From: Deinococcus sp.
Lineage (GTDB): Bacteria > Deinococcota > Deinococci > Deinococcales > Deinococcaceae
NCBI GenBank assembly: GCA_965261005.1
Contig: OZ253375.1
Location: 704,001 to 768,000 of the forward strand
DNA: 64,000 nt
Direction: 5' to 3'
How positions within the stretch are numbered: the stretch's first letter is position 1; every line of letters begins with the position of its first letter. Below the pieces are notes generated by a model. That model had not been told where the DNA came from. It saw only the letters and a program-made list of their open reading frames with translations, and ran no database searches. A program made the translations under genes and the position numbers. Positions 29,951 through 40,966 of the stretch are shown in pieces.

Positions 29951-30582
29951 TTCGGCTCGGCCTCGTCGACGATCACCTGCTGGTGCGCGAAGGTCTGCGG
30001 CGACTGCTGGAGGCGTCAAACGACGTTCGGGTCGTCGCGGAGGCGGCCAGCGTGGAGGGGGCGGTTCGCGCCGTCCTCGAACATCGCCCAGATGTGTTGC
30101 TGCTCGACGTGTGGTTGCCGCCGCGCAGCGGCCTCGACGTCATGGAAGCCTTGAAGGTTCTCGGATGCCTGCCTCCAACGTTGTTGCTGTCCTCCTTCGA
30201 GGATCTGGATGTGCTCACGCGCGCCAAGCGGCTGGGCGCGCTCGGCTACCTGATCAAGGACGTCAGCGTCGAGGTGCTCTTGGCGGCGGTGCGTTCCGTC
30301 GCGTCGGGTCGGCCGGTCACCCGTCCGCTCATCGGCGAGGACGTTCACGCGCGCGCACGGACACTTGAGCGCGAGCGCGCGAGCGGTCAGCTGAGCTTGA
30401 CGCCGCGCGAGCGTGACGTGCTGGGCCTGATCGCGAGCGGGCAGTCGACGCGTGACGTCGCGCGCAGCTTGGGCCTACAGGAGGGGACGGTCAAGAATCA
30501 CTTGTCGAACGTGATCATGAAGTTGGGAGTGCGCGACCGCACCCAGGCCGTGCTGCGGGCCTTGCAATTCGGGCTGCTGTGA
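29947..30582 (+). CDS. NarL/LuxR family response regulator
   Basis: LVDDH, LLLD, GYLIKD, LTPRERDVL...TVKNHLSN. Confidence 0.92.
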   Translation: MIRLGLVDDHLLVREGLRRLLEASNDVRVVAEAASVEGAVRAVLEHRPDVLLLDVWLPPRSGLDVMEALKVLGCLPPTLLLSSFEDLDVLTRAKRLGALGYLIKDVSVEVLLAAVRSVASGRPVTRPLIGEDVHARARTLERERASGQLSLTPRERDVLGLIASGQSTRDVARSLGLQEGTVKNHLSNVIMKLGVRDRTQAVLRALQFGLL

Positions 30583-30685
30583 AGCTCAGCATGCAGGCCC
30601 CGGCCGCTGAACGCCCACGTCTGAACGTCCATGCCGAGGACATTCCGGAACCAAACCGCACGATTTGACGATCTGGTTCGCCGGC

Positions 30686-30833
30686 TCAGCGGAGAGGACC
30701 CACGGCCTTGATGACCCCGTCGTTGGCCGCGCGAACGCGGCGCCCGTCCATTTTGAGGACGGCGCGGTCGTAGGTCAGCAGGCCGTTGACTTCGGTCTCG
30801 ACGTCGGTCGGTCATCTGGGTGTGGACCGCCGC
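30686..30833 (-). pseudogene. C-terminal remnant of a glycoside hydrolase family 2 gene, frameshifted
   Basis: Reads AAVHTQMTD/DVETEVNGLLTYDRAVLKMDGRRVRAANDGVIKAVGPLR*; removing a 4-bp duplication (cgac) restores the YTQxTDVExEVNGLLTYDR-type motif. Confidence 0.75.
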
Positions 30834-31089
30834 GCCGCATGGCGAGGCGCAACACCATGCGCTCGGCGGCGTCCGGGCGGCGCGGGGCGCCTATGGCCCG
30901 TCCGAAGGCGCGCCACACCAACAGGCCGACCAGCAGACCGACGATCAGTTCCAGCGGCAACAGCTGAAAGGCGAGCCGCGGGTCGCCCCTGCTCGCAAAG
31001 GGATTGCCGTGGGTATACACGGCCCCGTAGGCGATCAGGGCGGCGCCGAGGGCGGCGAGAACAGCGAGCAGCGAGCGCGGCCAATTCAC
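30775..31089 (-). pseudogene. 3'-truncated copy of the 27132-27521 membrane protein gene
   Basis: Near-identical protein up to ...LAMRRGG, then unrelated sequence from 30824. Confidence 0.85.
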
Positions 31090-31130
31090 CCCCTCATCAT
31101 GCCGGCAGGTCGGGTGGCCATGGTGTGCCG
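30825..31130. repeat. Right direct repeat (306 bp) bounding the insert
   Basis: Aligns with 27257-27563. Confidence 0.92.
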
Positions 31131-31178
31131 CGCTTGTTCTGGCTGGGCTTGTTCTGACTACAGTTGGTATAACCAGGC

Positions 31179-31910
31179 GTGAACCCACTCTTCGACTTGA
31201 GCGGCAAGCGCGCCTTGGTGACGGGGGCGAGCCGGGGCATCGGCCTGGCGGCGGCGCGCGCCCTCCAGGACCTGGGCGCCGAGGTCATCATCTGCGCGCG
31301 CGGCGAGGCGGCGCTGCGTGAGGCGGCAATGGGGCTGGGCGTGGGGGCCATTGCCGCCGATTTGAGCGATTCCGGCGACATTGAGCGTCTGCTCACCCAG
31401 GCCGGCGACCTCGACATTCTGGTCAGCAACGCGGGCGGGCCGCCCGTCGGGGTGACCAGCCAGCTGGACGACGCGGCCTGGGCGCGCGGCTTCGAGCTGA
31501 CCTTTATGTCCACGGTGCGCCTCGCGCGCGGGGCGCTGCCGCACATGCGCCGCCAGGGGTGGGGCCGCGTGATCGCCATCACCAGCCTGACGGTCGGGCG
31601 GCCCAGCCCCGAACTGCCGGTGTCGAACGCCATGCGCGCGGGCGTGACCAACTTCGCGCGCTCGCTTGCCTTGGAGGTGGCCGCGGGGGGCGTCACGGTC
31701 AACACCGTCGCCCCCGGCTACACCGCCACCGAGCGGCTGCGCGAGGTGACCAAAAATCCCGAGGACCGGCGGCGCGTGCTGGACCGCTTGCCCGCGCGCC
31801 GCTTCGGCGCCCCCGAAGAGGTCGCCCACGCGGTCGCCTTTCTCGCCAGCCCGGGCGCCGCCTACATGACCGGGCAGGAGCTGCTGGTGGACGGGGGATG
31901 GAGCATCTGA
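31179..31910 (+). CDS. SDR family oxidoreductase
   Basis: TGASRGIG, SNAGGPP, SNAMRAG, VTVNTVAPG. Confidence 0.9.
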   Translation: MNPLFDLSGKRALVTGASRGIGLAAARALQDLGAEVIICARGEAALREAAMGLGVGAIAADLSDSGDIERLLTQAGDLDILVSNAGGPPVGVTSQLDDAAWARGFELTFMSTVRLARGALPHMRRQGWGRVIAITSLTVGRPSPELPVSNAMRAGVTNFARSLALEVAAGGVTVNTVAPGYTATERLREVTKNPEDRRRVLDRLPARRFGAPEEVAHAVAFLASPGAAYMTGQELLVDGGWSI

Positions 31911-31918
31911 GCTGACTT

Positions 31919-32341
31919 TTAGATGGCCACCTCCGGCCGCTCCAGAACAGCTTCCAGCGCGATCTCGGCGTTTAAGGTGGCGGCCACCGAGCAGTACTTT
32001 TCGTGCGACAGCCGGGCGGCGCGCGTCAGGGCCTCCTCGGTCACGCCCTCGCCCCACGCGACGTGGCGCACGGTAATGTGGGTGAAGCGGCGCGGTTGGC
32101 TTTCCGCGCGCTCGCCCTCCACCTCGATGCGGTAGCTGGTCAGCGGCGTCCTCTTCTTGTTCATCACCGTCACCACGTCGTAGGCGGTGCAGCTGGCGAG
32201 GGCGGCCAAGAGGGCCTCGGTGGGGCGCACGCCCACCGCCAGGGGCGAGGCGTCAATCAAAAGCTGCTGGCCGCGCTCGTTGAAGCCGGCGTAGCGTTGC
32301 TCGCCCAAATGATGCACGGTCATCTTCATGGTTTGGCTCAT
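31919..32341 (-). CDS. OsmC family protein (YhfA-like)
   Basis: RPTEALLAALASCT..DV, SHEKYCSV. Confidence 0.88.
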   Translation of the reverse strand: MSQTMKMTVHHLGEQRYAGFNERGQQLLIDASPLAVGVRPTEALLAALASCTAYDVVTVMNKKRTPLTSYRIEVEGERAESQPRRFTHITVRHVAWGEGVTEEALTRAARLSHEKYCSVAATLNAEIALEAVLERPEVAI

Positions 32342-32356
32342 GGCCGGATTAAAGCA

Positions 32357-33643
32357 TCAAACGGGAGGATGGTCCGTTTTCAGATTCAGGGGTTCGCCCA
32401 CCGCCTCGTCCTCGTCCTCGATCACGGCGCCCAGGCACACCCGGAAGGTCGCGCCGCCGCCCGGCGTGTCCAGCACCTCGATGCGCCCCTTGTGCGCCTG
32501 CACCACCTGCTGAGCGATGGTGAGGCCGAGTCCCGCGCTGCCGGCCTCCTTGCCACGGTAGAACTTGTCGAAGATGCGCCCCTTGATGGCGTCCGGAATG
32601 CCCGGCCCCCGGTCAATCACGTCCGCCTCGATCCAGGCGCCCGCCGCCCTCGCCTCGACGCGCACCAGGTTGGGGCTGCCGCACACCCGCACCGCGTTGG
32701 ACACCAGATTGCCGAAGACCTGAGACAAGCGCACCGGGTCGCCCACCACCTCCAAAACTGCGGGCGACTGCACCCGCACGCCGTGGTCACGGCCCACTTG
32801 GGCGAGCAGCACCGACACATCGAGAAAGTGCGGCTCGATGGTGGACTGCACCAACTCGTTGCGCGACAGCTGAAGGAGGTCGTTGACCAGGCGGGTCATG
32901 TTCTCGGCCACGCGAATGGAGTCGGCAATGGTCTGGCTCGCGCCCATCTCGCGCTGAGCGCGGCGCAGGTAGCCGAGGAGGGCGGTCAGCGGGGTGCGCA
33001 GCTCGTGGCTGGTCTCGGCCAAAAAGGTCTTTTGCAGCTTGAGGGCCTCTTCGAGCTGGCCGGCGGTCTCCTCCAGCTTGAGGCGCCCTTCCTCGGCCAC
33101 CTTGTTGAGGCGCTCGACTTCCTCTAGGCGCGCTTGCAAGGCCCAGTTGAGATCGCGAATCTCGGCCTCGGCCTTTTCACGGCGCCCGCGCTCGGCCGCC
33201 TCGGAAAGGGCGCGCACCACCGCCGGCACCAAGCGCTCCAGGCGCTGCTTGAGCACGTAGTCGGTCACGCCCTTGCGCAACGTCTCGACCGCGACCTCCT
33301 CGCCCATCGCCCCCGTCACGATCAAAAACGGCATGTGCCGGAAGTAGCGCCGCACGTATTCGTAGGCGCTCATGCCGTCGTAGTCGGGCAGCGAGTAGTC
33401 CGACAGCACCAGGTGGGGGGCGTAGTCCGACAAGGCGCGGGTAAACGAGGCCTCGTCCTCCACCTGAAGCACCTCGCAGTTCCAAGGCAGCTCGCCGCCC
33501 TCCAGCATGGCCCGGACCAGCTCGTGGTCGAGCAGGTTGTCCTCCAAGTGCAGCACGCGCAGGGTGTCGGGAAAGCCGTAGGCGTCCGCTTCTCTTTGAA
33601 AAGGGTCTCTTTGAGAAGAGTGTTGTTGAAATGAATCGTTCAT
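32357..33643 (-). CDS. Hybrid receiver-histidine kinase
   Basis: Receiver (LHLED..., LSDYSLP, DYVLK), then SHELRTPL, NLVSNA, DRGPGI, GLGL. Confidence 0.9.
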   Translation of the reverse strand: MNDSFQQHSSQRDPFQREADAYGFPDTLRVLHLEDNLLDHELVRAMLEGGELPWNCEVLQVEDEASFTRALSDYAPHLVLSDYSLPDYDGMSAYEYVRRYFRHMPFLIVTGAMGEEVAVETLRKGVTDYVLKQRLERLVPAVVRALSEAAERGRREKAEAEIRDLNWALQARLEEVERLNKVAEEGRLKLEETAGQLEEALKLQKTFLAETSHELRTPLTALLGYLRRAQREMGASQTIADSIRVAENMTRLVNDLLQLSRNELVQSTIEPHFLDVSVLLAQVGRDHGVRVQSPAVLEVVGDPVRLSQVFGNLVSNAVRVCGSPNLVRVEARAAGAWIEADVIDRGPGIPDAIKGRIFDKFYRGKEAGSAGLGLTIAQQVVQAHKGRIEVLDTPGGGATFRVCLGAVIEDEDEAVGEPLNLKTDHPPV

Positions 33644-36600
33644 GACGTTCCTCCTGAAACGGCGCCGCGCCCCGCCAGCGATGGGGCCGCCAGCGGCAAG
33701 GCCACGAAAAAGCTGGCCCCGCCGTCCAACTCGCTTTCCGCCCAGACCCGGCCGCCGTGACGGCCGACAATGCGCCGCACGTTGGCGAGGCCGATGCCGG
33801 TGCCCTCGAACTCCTCGCTGCGGTGCAGGCGCTGAAAGACCCCGAACAGCTTGTCCGCGAAGCGGCTGTCAAAGCCCACGCCGTTGTCGCGCACCTCGAT
33901 AATGGCCTCGCCGCCCCGCTCGTGCGCGCTCAGCTCGACGCGGCTGAGCGCGCGCTTGCGGCTGTACTTGAGGGCGTTGGCCAACAGGTTGGTGAAGACC
34001 AGCTTGAGCAGGCCCGCGTCGCCCTGCACGGTGGGCAGGTCGCCCAGGCGCCACTCCACTTGCCGATTCTCGTACTCGTGCAGCAGCTCGCCGCGCACCT
34101 CGCGCACGGTCACGTTGAGGTCCACCGGCGCGAGGCGCAGTTCCTGGCGACCCATGCGCGAAAAGCCCAGCAAGTCGTCAATCAGGGCGCTCATGCGCGT
34201 GGCGGCGTCCGTGATAATGCCCAGGTAGCGCTCCGCCTTGTCGCCGAGGTTGCCGTCCGTCTCCTTGCGCAGCAAATCGCCGAAGCCCACGATGTGCCGC
34301 AACGGGGTGCGCAGGTCGTGCGACACCGAGTAGCTGAAGGCCTCCAATTCCTGGTTGGCCTCCAGCAGCTCGCGCGTGCGCACCTGCACCCGGCTCTCCA
34401 GGCTTTGGTTGAGTTCGTTCATGGCGCGCTCGGCCTCCCGCGCCTGCACGAACAGGCGTTGGTTGTCGAGCACGGTGGTCATGCGGTTCACCACCTCCTG
34501 CGCGAGCTGCACGTCGCGCGGCTCGGGCGCGTGGTCGTAGCCGAGCAGCAGGGCGCCCAGCGGGGCCTCGTCGCGCGCCACCAGCGGCAAGGCCACCATC
34601 CGCCTGAGTCCCACGGCCGCGAGGCCGGGCGTCGGGCTGACCACCTGGAGCGTTCCCGAGGCCATCACGGCCCCCACGAGCTGACGGGCGCCCTCGGCGT
34701 GCGCCTGGAGCAGTTCCGAGATGTCGGCGCTTTGCGCGGCGTGCAGGCGGCGCAGCTCGCCGTCCTCCTCAAGCCACAGCGTGGCGCTTTGCACGAAGCG
34801 CTGGGTGAACGCCCTCAGCACGCCGGTCCAGTCGCGCGCCTCGCCGAGGGGAGCCGCGATCAGGCGCCCCACGTCGGCCAGCAGCCGCGAGCTGGCCTCG
34901 GCGTAGGTCTGGTCCTCGACGTCGTTGGCGGCGCCGACCCACTCGATCACATCCCCTCTAAGGCCGGCCCCATCGCGAATCGGGGCGCCGCGCAGCACGA
35001 AGGTCCGGTAAACGCCGTCCGCACGCCGCAGGCGGACTTCCTGCGCGAAGGGGGCGCCGCTTTCCAAGGAGTGCCGCTGGGCCGCTTGAAAGCGCGCCCA
35101 GTCGGCCGCGTACACGACCTCCGGCGAAAAGCCGCCCTGGGCATGCGCCTCGCCCACGTACTCGGCCCAGCGGCGGTTGAAGTAGCTGGTCTGCCCCCCC
35201 GCGTCACTCAGCCACACGATCTGCGGCAGGCCCTCGATCAGGCCGCGGTAGCGCGCCTCCGAGCGCCGGAGTTGCCCCTCAAAGGCCATGCGCTCGTCGA
35301 TGTCGGTGCAGGTGCCCACCCACTCGATCACCGCGCCGCTCGCGTCGCGAATGGCGCTGGCGCGGCCCACGAACCAGTGGTACTCGCCGTCATGGCGGCG
35401 AAAGCGGTACTCGATCTGGTAAGGTTCGCCGTCCTTCCACGAACGCTCCCAAGCGGCCAAGGTGCGCGCCACGTCGTCCGGGTGCAGCGCCTCCGCGAAG
35501 CCGTAGTTGAGGGACGCCTCCTCGCTGAGGCCGGTGTAGGCGTACCAGCCGCCGTTGTAGTAGAGGTGCTTGCCCTGGGGGTCCGTCACCCACACCATCT
35601 GCGGCAGCGCCTCCAAGACGCCCCGGTAGCGCAACTCGCTTTCGCGCAGCGAGGCGCGCGAGGCGGCCAAGCTCAGCGCCAAGTCCTCGGCGCGCTCGCG
35701 CGCGCCCACTTGGCGCAGGGTGCCCCAAAAGAGGGTCAGCGCGACGGCGCCGCCCAGCAGCGCGATGAAGAGGGGCACGAAGCGCAGGGTGTCCGCGCCG
35801 AACTGCGGCCCGGCGCGGTACGCCAGCGTCCAGATTCGCCCGCCCACGTCGAGGGTACGCGTATCGGCAAAGGCTTTCCGTGAACCGCTTTGCCCGTACA
35901 GCACGTCGGCGCCGTCTTGCACCCTCAGCGAGACGGCGCCGTAGCGGCCCGCCACCTTCAGGCTCCCGACAAAGTCGCCGAAGCGAAACGGCGCGTACAC
36001 CACGCCGACCACCGCCGCGCGGCGCTCCGCCGGCGTGTCGGTCCCGGCGCCCGCGCGGTACACCGGCAAGTACAGCAAAAATCCGCTCTGCTGCCGCGCC
36101 TTGAGGTCTTCTTGGACCAAGCGAATTGGGGCGGAGGCCGCCACCTGGCCGCTTGCCACGGCGCGCTCGATGGCGGCGCGGCGCTTTGGTTCGGAGAACA
36201 TGTCGTACCCGAGGGCGTACTGGTTGGCCGCGTCGCGCGGCTCCAGGTAGGTGACCGGCACGTAGGCGGGGCGCTCGCCGGGCGGAAACACCCGGTAGCT
36301 CTCGGCCCCCTGGGCGCGCAGATCGCGCTGCAAGGCGCCCAAGCCGGACGGCCCCAAAAGGGCGGCGAAGCCGAGGCCCTGAAGGCCGGGATACTGCTGG
36401 GGCAAGTTCAGCGCGGCCACATAGCGCGCGAACTCGTCGCGCGACACGCTTTCCTGCACGTTCCACAGCCCGCGCGTGGCGCGCATCACGTCCAGATAGC
36501 CGTCCAGCCGCTGGGCGACCGACTGCGTGAGGGTGTCCACCTCGCGTGTGAAGCGCGCCTGCTGCTGCAACTGCACCAGGTGGCGCACGAACAGCGCGCT

Positions 36601-36693
36601 GAGCAGCGTCAGCGACAAGATCAAGGCCAGCACCAAAAAGGCCCAATTGACGGGCCGGCGGCGCAACGTGAAGGTGGTCGGCGACTTCGCCAT
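33640..36693 (-). CDS. CHASE-PAS-PAS-GAF sensor histidine kinase
   Basis: YPGLQGLG, YLEP..N..ALGYDM (CHASE); two PAS (YYN..W..YTG, HPDD); YSVSHDLRTPL, NALKY, DNGVGF, GTGIGL; start moved to ATG 36693. Confidence 0.9.
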   Translation of the reverse strand: MAKSPTTFTLRRRPVNWAFLVLALILSLTLLSALFVRHLVQLQQQARFTREVDTLTQSVAQRLDGYLDVMRATRGLWNVQESVSRDEFARYVAALNLPQQYPGLQGLGFAALLGPSGLGALQRDLRAQGAESYRVFPPGERPAYVPVTYLEPRDAANQYALGYDMFSEPKRRAAIERAVASGQVAASAPIRLVQEDLKARQQSGFLLYLPVYRAGAGTDTPAERRAAVVGVVYAPFRFGDFVGSLKVAGRYGAVSLRVQDGADVLYGQSGSRKAFADTRTLDVGGRIWTLAYRAGPQFGADTLRFVPLFIALLGGAVALTLFWGTLRQVGARERAEDLALSLAASRASLRESELRYRGVLEALPQMVWVTDPQGKHLYYNGGWYAYTGLSEEASLNYGFAEALHPDDVARTLAAWERSWKDGEPYQIEYRFRRHDGEYHWFVGRASAIRDASGAVIEWVGTCTDIDERMAFEGQLRRSEARYRGLIEGLPQIVWLSDAGGQTSYFNRRWAEYVGEAHAQGGFSPEVVYAADWARFQAAQRHSLESGAPFAQEVRLRRADGVYRTFVLRGAPIRDGAGLRGDVIEWVGAANDVEDQTYAEASSRLLADVGRLIAAPLGEARDWTGVLRAFTQRFVQSATLWLEEDGELRRLHAAQSADISELLQAHAEGARQLVGAVMASGTLQVVSPTPGLAAVGLRRMVALPLVARDEAPLGALLLGYDHAPEPRDVQLAQEVVNRMTTVLDNQRLFVQAREAERAMNELNQSLESRVQVRTRELLEANQELEAFSYSVSHDLRTPLRHIVGFGDLLRKETDGNLGDKAERYLGIITDAATRMSALIDDLLGFSRMGRQELRLAPVDLNVTVREVRGELLHEYENRQVEWRLGDLPTVQGDAGLLKLVFTNLLANALKYSRKRALSRVELSAHERGGEAIIEVRDNGVGFDSRFADKLFGVFQRLHRSEEFEGTGIGLANVRRIVGRHGGRVWAESELDGGASFFVALPLAAPSLAGRGAVSGGTS

Positions 36694-36701
36694 GCAGCGC
36701 C

Positions 36702-37508
36702 TCAGTTTACCGCTTGGCGCGCCGCCGACAGAAACACTTCGGCGCCCACGTCCGCGCCGGTCCACAGCGCAAAGCTCAGCCGCGCTTGGTGGGCCAGCAT
36801 GCCCAAACCGTTTTCGGCGCGGTACCCGCGTCCACGCGCCTCGCGCAGCAAACGGGTCTCCAGCGGGCGGTACACCATGTCGTAGACCAGAGCTTCCGGA
36901 GACAGTTCTGGAAAGGCGGGCAGCGGCAGTTCGTCCGGGGCGTTCAGGCCGGCCGAGGTGGCGTTGATGAGCAAGCGCAGCGACATCCAGGGCAGCTCCG
37001 TGAAGCTGGCCGCGCGAGCACCGAATTCTGCGGCCAAGCGGCCCGCCCTCTGCGGCGTGCGGTTCCAGATCCACACCTGGCGACCCCCCTGCGCCAGCGC
37101 GTACACGGCGGCGCGCGCCGCGCCGCCCGCGCCCAGCACGGCGGCGGGTCCGGGCGGCGCCTGGGCGTCCCCCAGGGCGGCCAGCAACCCGGACGCGTCG
37201 GTGTTGTCGCCGTAGAGCGCCCCCCCGCGCACGACCAGCGTGTTCAGCGCGCCAATGCGCCGGGCCGCCCCGCTCAAGCTGCCGACAAGTCCCACGGCCG
37301 CCTCTTTGTGCGGCAAGCTGAGGTTGGCGCCCAGCGCACCCGAAGCGGAGAGGGCGCGCAGCTTGGCGGCCAACCCGTCCGGCGGCACCCGCACGGCTTG
37401 GTATGTGCCGTCCAGGCCGGCGGCGGCGAAGGCGGCGGCGTGCATGGCCGGCGACAGCGAGTGCGCGGCGGGGTCGGCGAACAGGTAGGCGCGCAAGGGG
37501 ACGGGCAC
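36702..37508 (-). CDS. aroE: Shikimate dehydrogenase
   Basis: HSLSP.MH, NLSLPHK, GALNT, NTD, GAGGAA, DMVY.P. Confidence 0.93.
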   Translation of the reverse strand: MPVPLRAYLFADPAAHSLSPAMHAAAFAAAGLDGTYQAVRVPPDGLAAKLRALSASGALGANLSLPHKEAAVGLVGSLSGAARRIGALNTLVVRGGALYGDNTDASGLLAALGDAQAPPGPAAVLGAGGAARAAVYALAQGGRQVWIWNRTPQRAGRLAAEFGARAASFTELPWMSLRLLINATSAGLNAPDELPLPAFPELSPEALVYDMVYRPLETRLLREARGRGYRAENGLGMLAHQARLSFALWTGADVGAEVFLSAARQAVN

Positions 37509-37687
37509 GCCGCAGGGTAACGCGGCGCAAACGGCGCAAATGGGGCGGGGGCCGGGCAAGTGTGCCTCAAGGCACTTCTGTGGCGGACGCGAATGCCAAA
37601 ATAAAGGCGAGCAATGACCTTTCCACCCTCGCCGCCCCGCTGCCCCGCGCAGGGGGCCGCGCGCCGTTTTGGCGCGCAGGAGACCAG

Positions 37688-39877
<2,190 letters not shown>

Positions 39878-39881
39878 ACCC

Positions 39882-40361
39882 TTGATCGACTTGGTCGTTC
39901 GTAAAACGCCCCCGCCCGGCGTGCGGCCCACCCTGCGCCGTTCGCTCACGGCGGTCATGCGCCACTTCGGGGTGGCGGACAAGGCAGTGACGCTGGTCCT
40001 GATCGGCGACCGCGCCATGCGGCGGCTCAAACGCGAGGCTTGGGGCGAGGACGCGACCACCGACGTGCTCTCGTTTCCCAGCTACGTTCCCGGCGACCCC
40101 TTCGTGCCGCCGCACCTGGGCGACATCTTTATCAGTTTGGACACGGCGGCCCGGCAGGCGGAAGCGCGCGGCGTTGACCTCGGGCGCGAGGTGGCGTTGC
40201 TGGCGTCGCATGGTCTGACCCACCTGATGGGCTTCGACCATCCGCACGCGCGGGGACTCGGCTACGAGGAGGGGGCGGTCGGGCCGGAATGGGACCCGTT
40301 CCACACGGCGTGGCGAGCGGCCCAGCGCGAATTGGCGCGGGTGGGGTTAGAAGATGGCTGA
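39882..40361 (+). CDS. ybeY: rRNA maturation endoribonuclease
   Basis: TDVLSFP, LGDIFIS, HGLTHLMGFDH. Confidence 0.93.
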   Translation: MIDLVVRKTPPPGVRPTLRRSLTAVMRHFGVADKAVTLVLIGDRAMRRLKREAWGEDATTDVLSFPSYVPGDPFVPPHLGDIFISLDTAARQAEARGVDLGREVALLASHGLTHLMGFDHPHARGLGYEEGAVGPEWDPFHTAWRAAQRELARVGLEDG

Positions 40362-40716
40362 GCGGGGCCGCTCGCTGCTGGCGCCGTTCCAGTTCGCTTG
40401 GGCCGGCGTGCGCGCGGGGTGGCGCCTTCAGCGTAACTTCCGCATCGAGGTGGTCTGCGCCGCCCTGGCCCTGGGGGCGGCGTGGTGGCTGGGGGCGCCG
40501 CTCACCCCCATCGTGCTGGCCTGCGCCTTGGTGCTGTCGCTGGAACTGCTGAACTCGGCCGTGGAGGCGACCGTGGACCTCGTCTCGCCCGAGTGGCACC
40601 CGCTCGCCAAGCTCGCCAAGGACGCGGCGGCGGGCGCCGTACTCCTGGCCGCCTTAGGGACTTTGGGGGTGGCGGCGCTGGAACTGTTGCCCCGATTGCT
40701 CGGCAAGCTCGGCTGA
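40354..40716 (+). CDS. dgkA: Diacylglycerol/undecaprenol kinase
   Basis: ELLNSAVE..VD, AKDAAAGAV. Confidence 0.9.
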   Translation: MAERGRSLLAPFQFAWAGVRAGWRLQRNFRIEVVCAALALGAAWWLGAPLTPIVLACALVLSLELLNSAVEATVDLVSPEWHPLAKLAKDAAAGAVLLAALGTLGVAALELLPRLLGKLG

Positions 40717-40780
40717 AGGTGAAGAGCGTTCTGCGCTTACCAAGTGGCCGGGAGCGGGCATGGTATGCTTGGTCCGTTTT

Positions 40781-40966
40781 ATGGACGACCCCCCCAGTTT
40801 TGACTTTCCAACCCCGGTTGCTGACGTCCCGGCGCCTGTTCGCGGGACGGTTTTTGTTGGGGGCCGGTTTCGTTCACCTTCGCTTGAGGGGCGCCCTCGC
40901 GCCCTTCCGACGCGCGCCACGCTCTGGTCTCGCGCGTCCGGCGCTTTGGAGCGCGCCCCTGAATGA
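40781..40966 (+). CDS. Putative leader peptide (MDDPPS..., 61 aa) coupled to corC
   Basis: Extended -10 TGGTATGCT at 40761-40769; stop overlaps the corC ATG (ATGA); internal hairpin plus T run. Confidence 0.45.
   Translation: MDDPPSFDFPTPVADVPAPVRGTVFVGGRFRSPSLEGRPRALPTRATLWSRASGALERAPE

Noticed and set aside
36694..37539. N-terminal extensions in the ORF track (CHASE kinase to 37539, phoH from 37403, gltX to 51745, comF from 5439, ybeY from 39618)
   Set aside because: They overlap real neighbouring genes; homology and -10/RBS signals begin at the shorter starts
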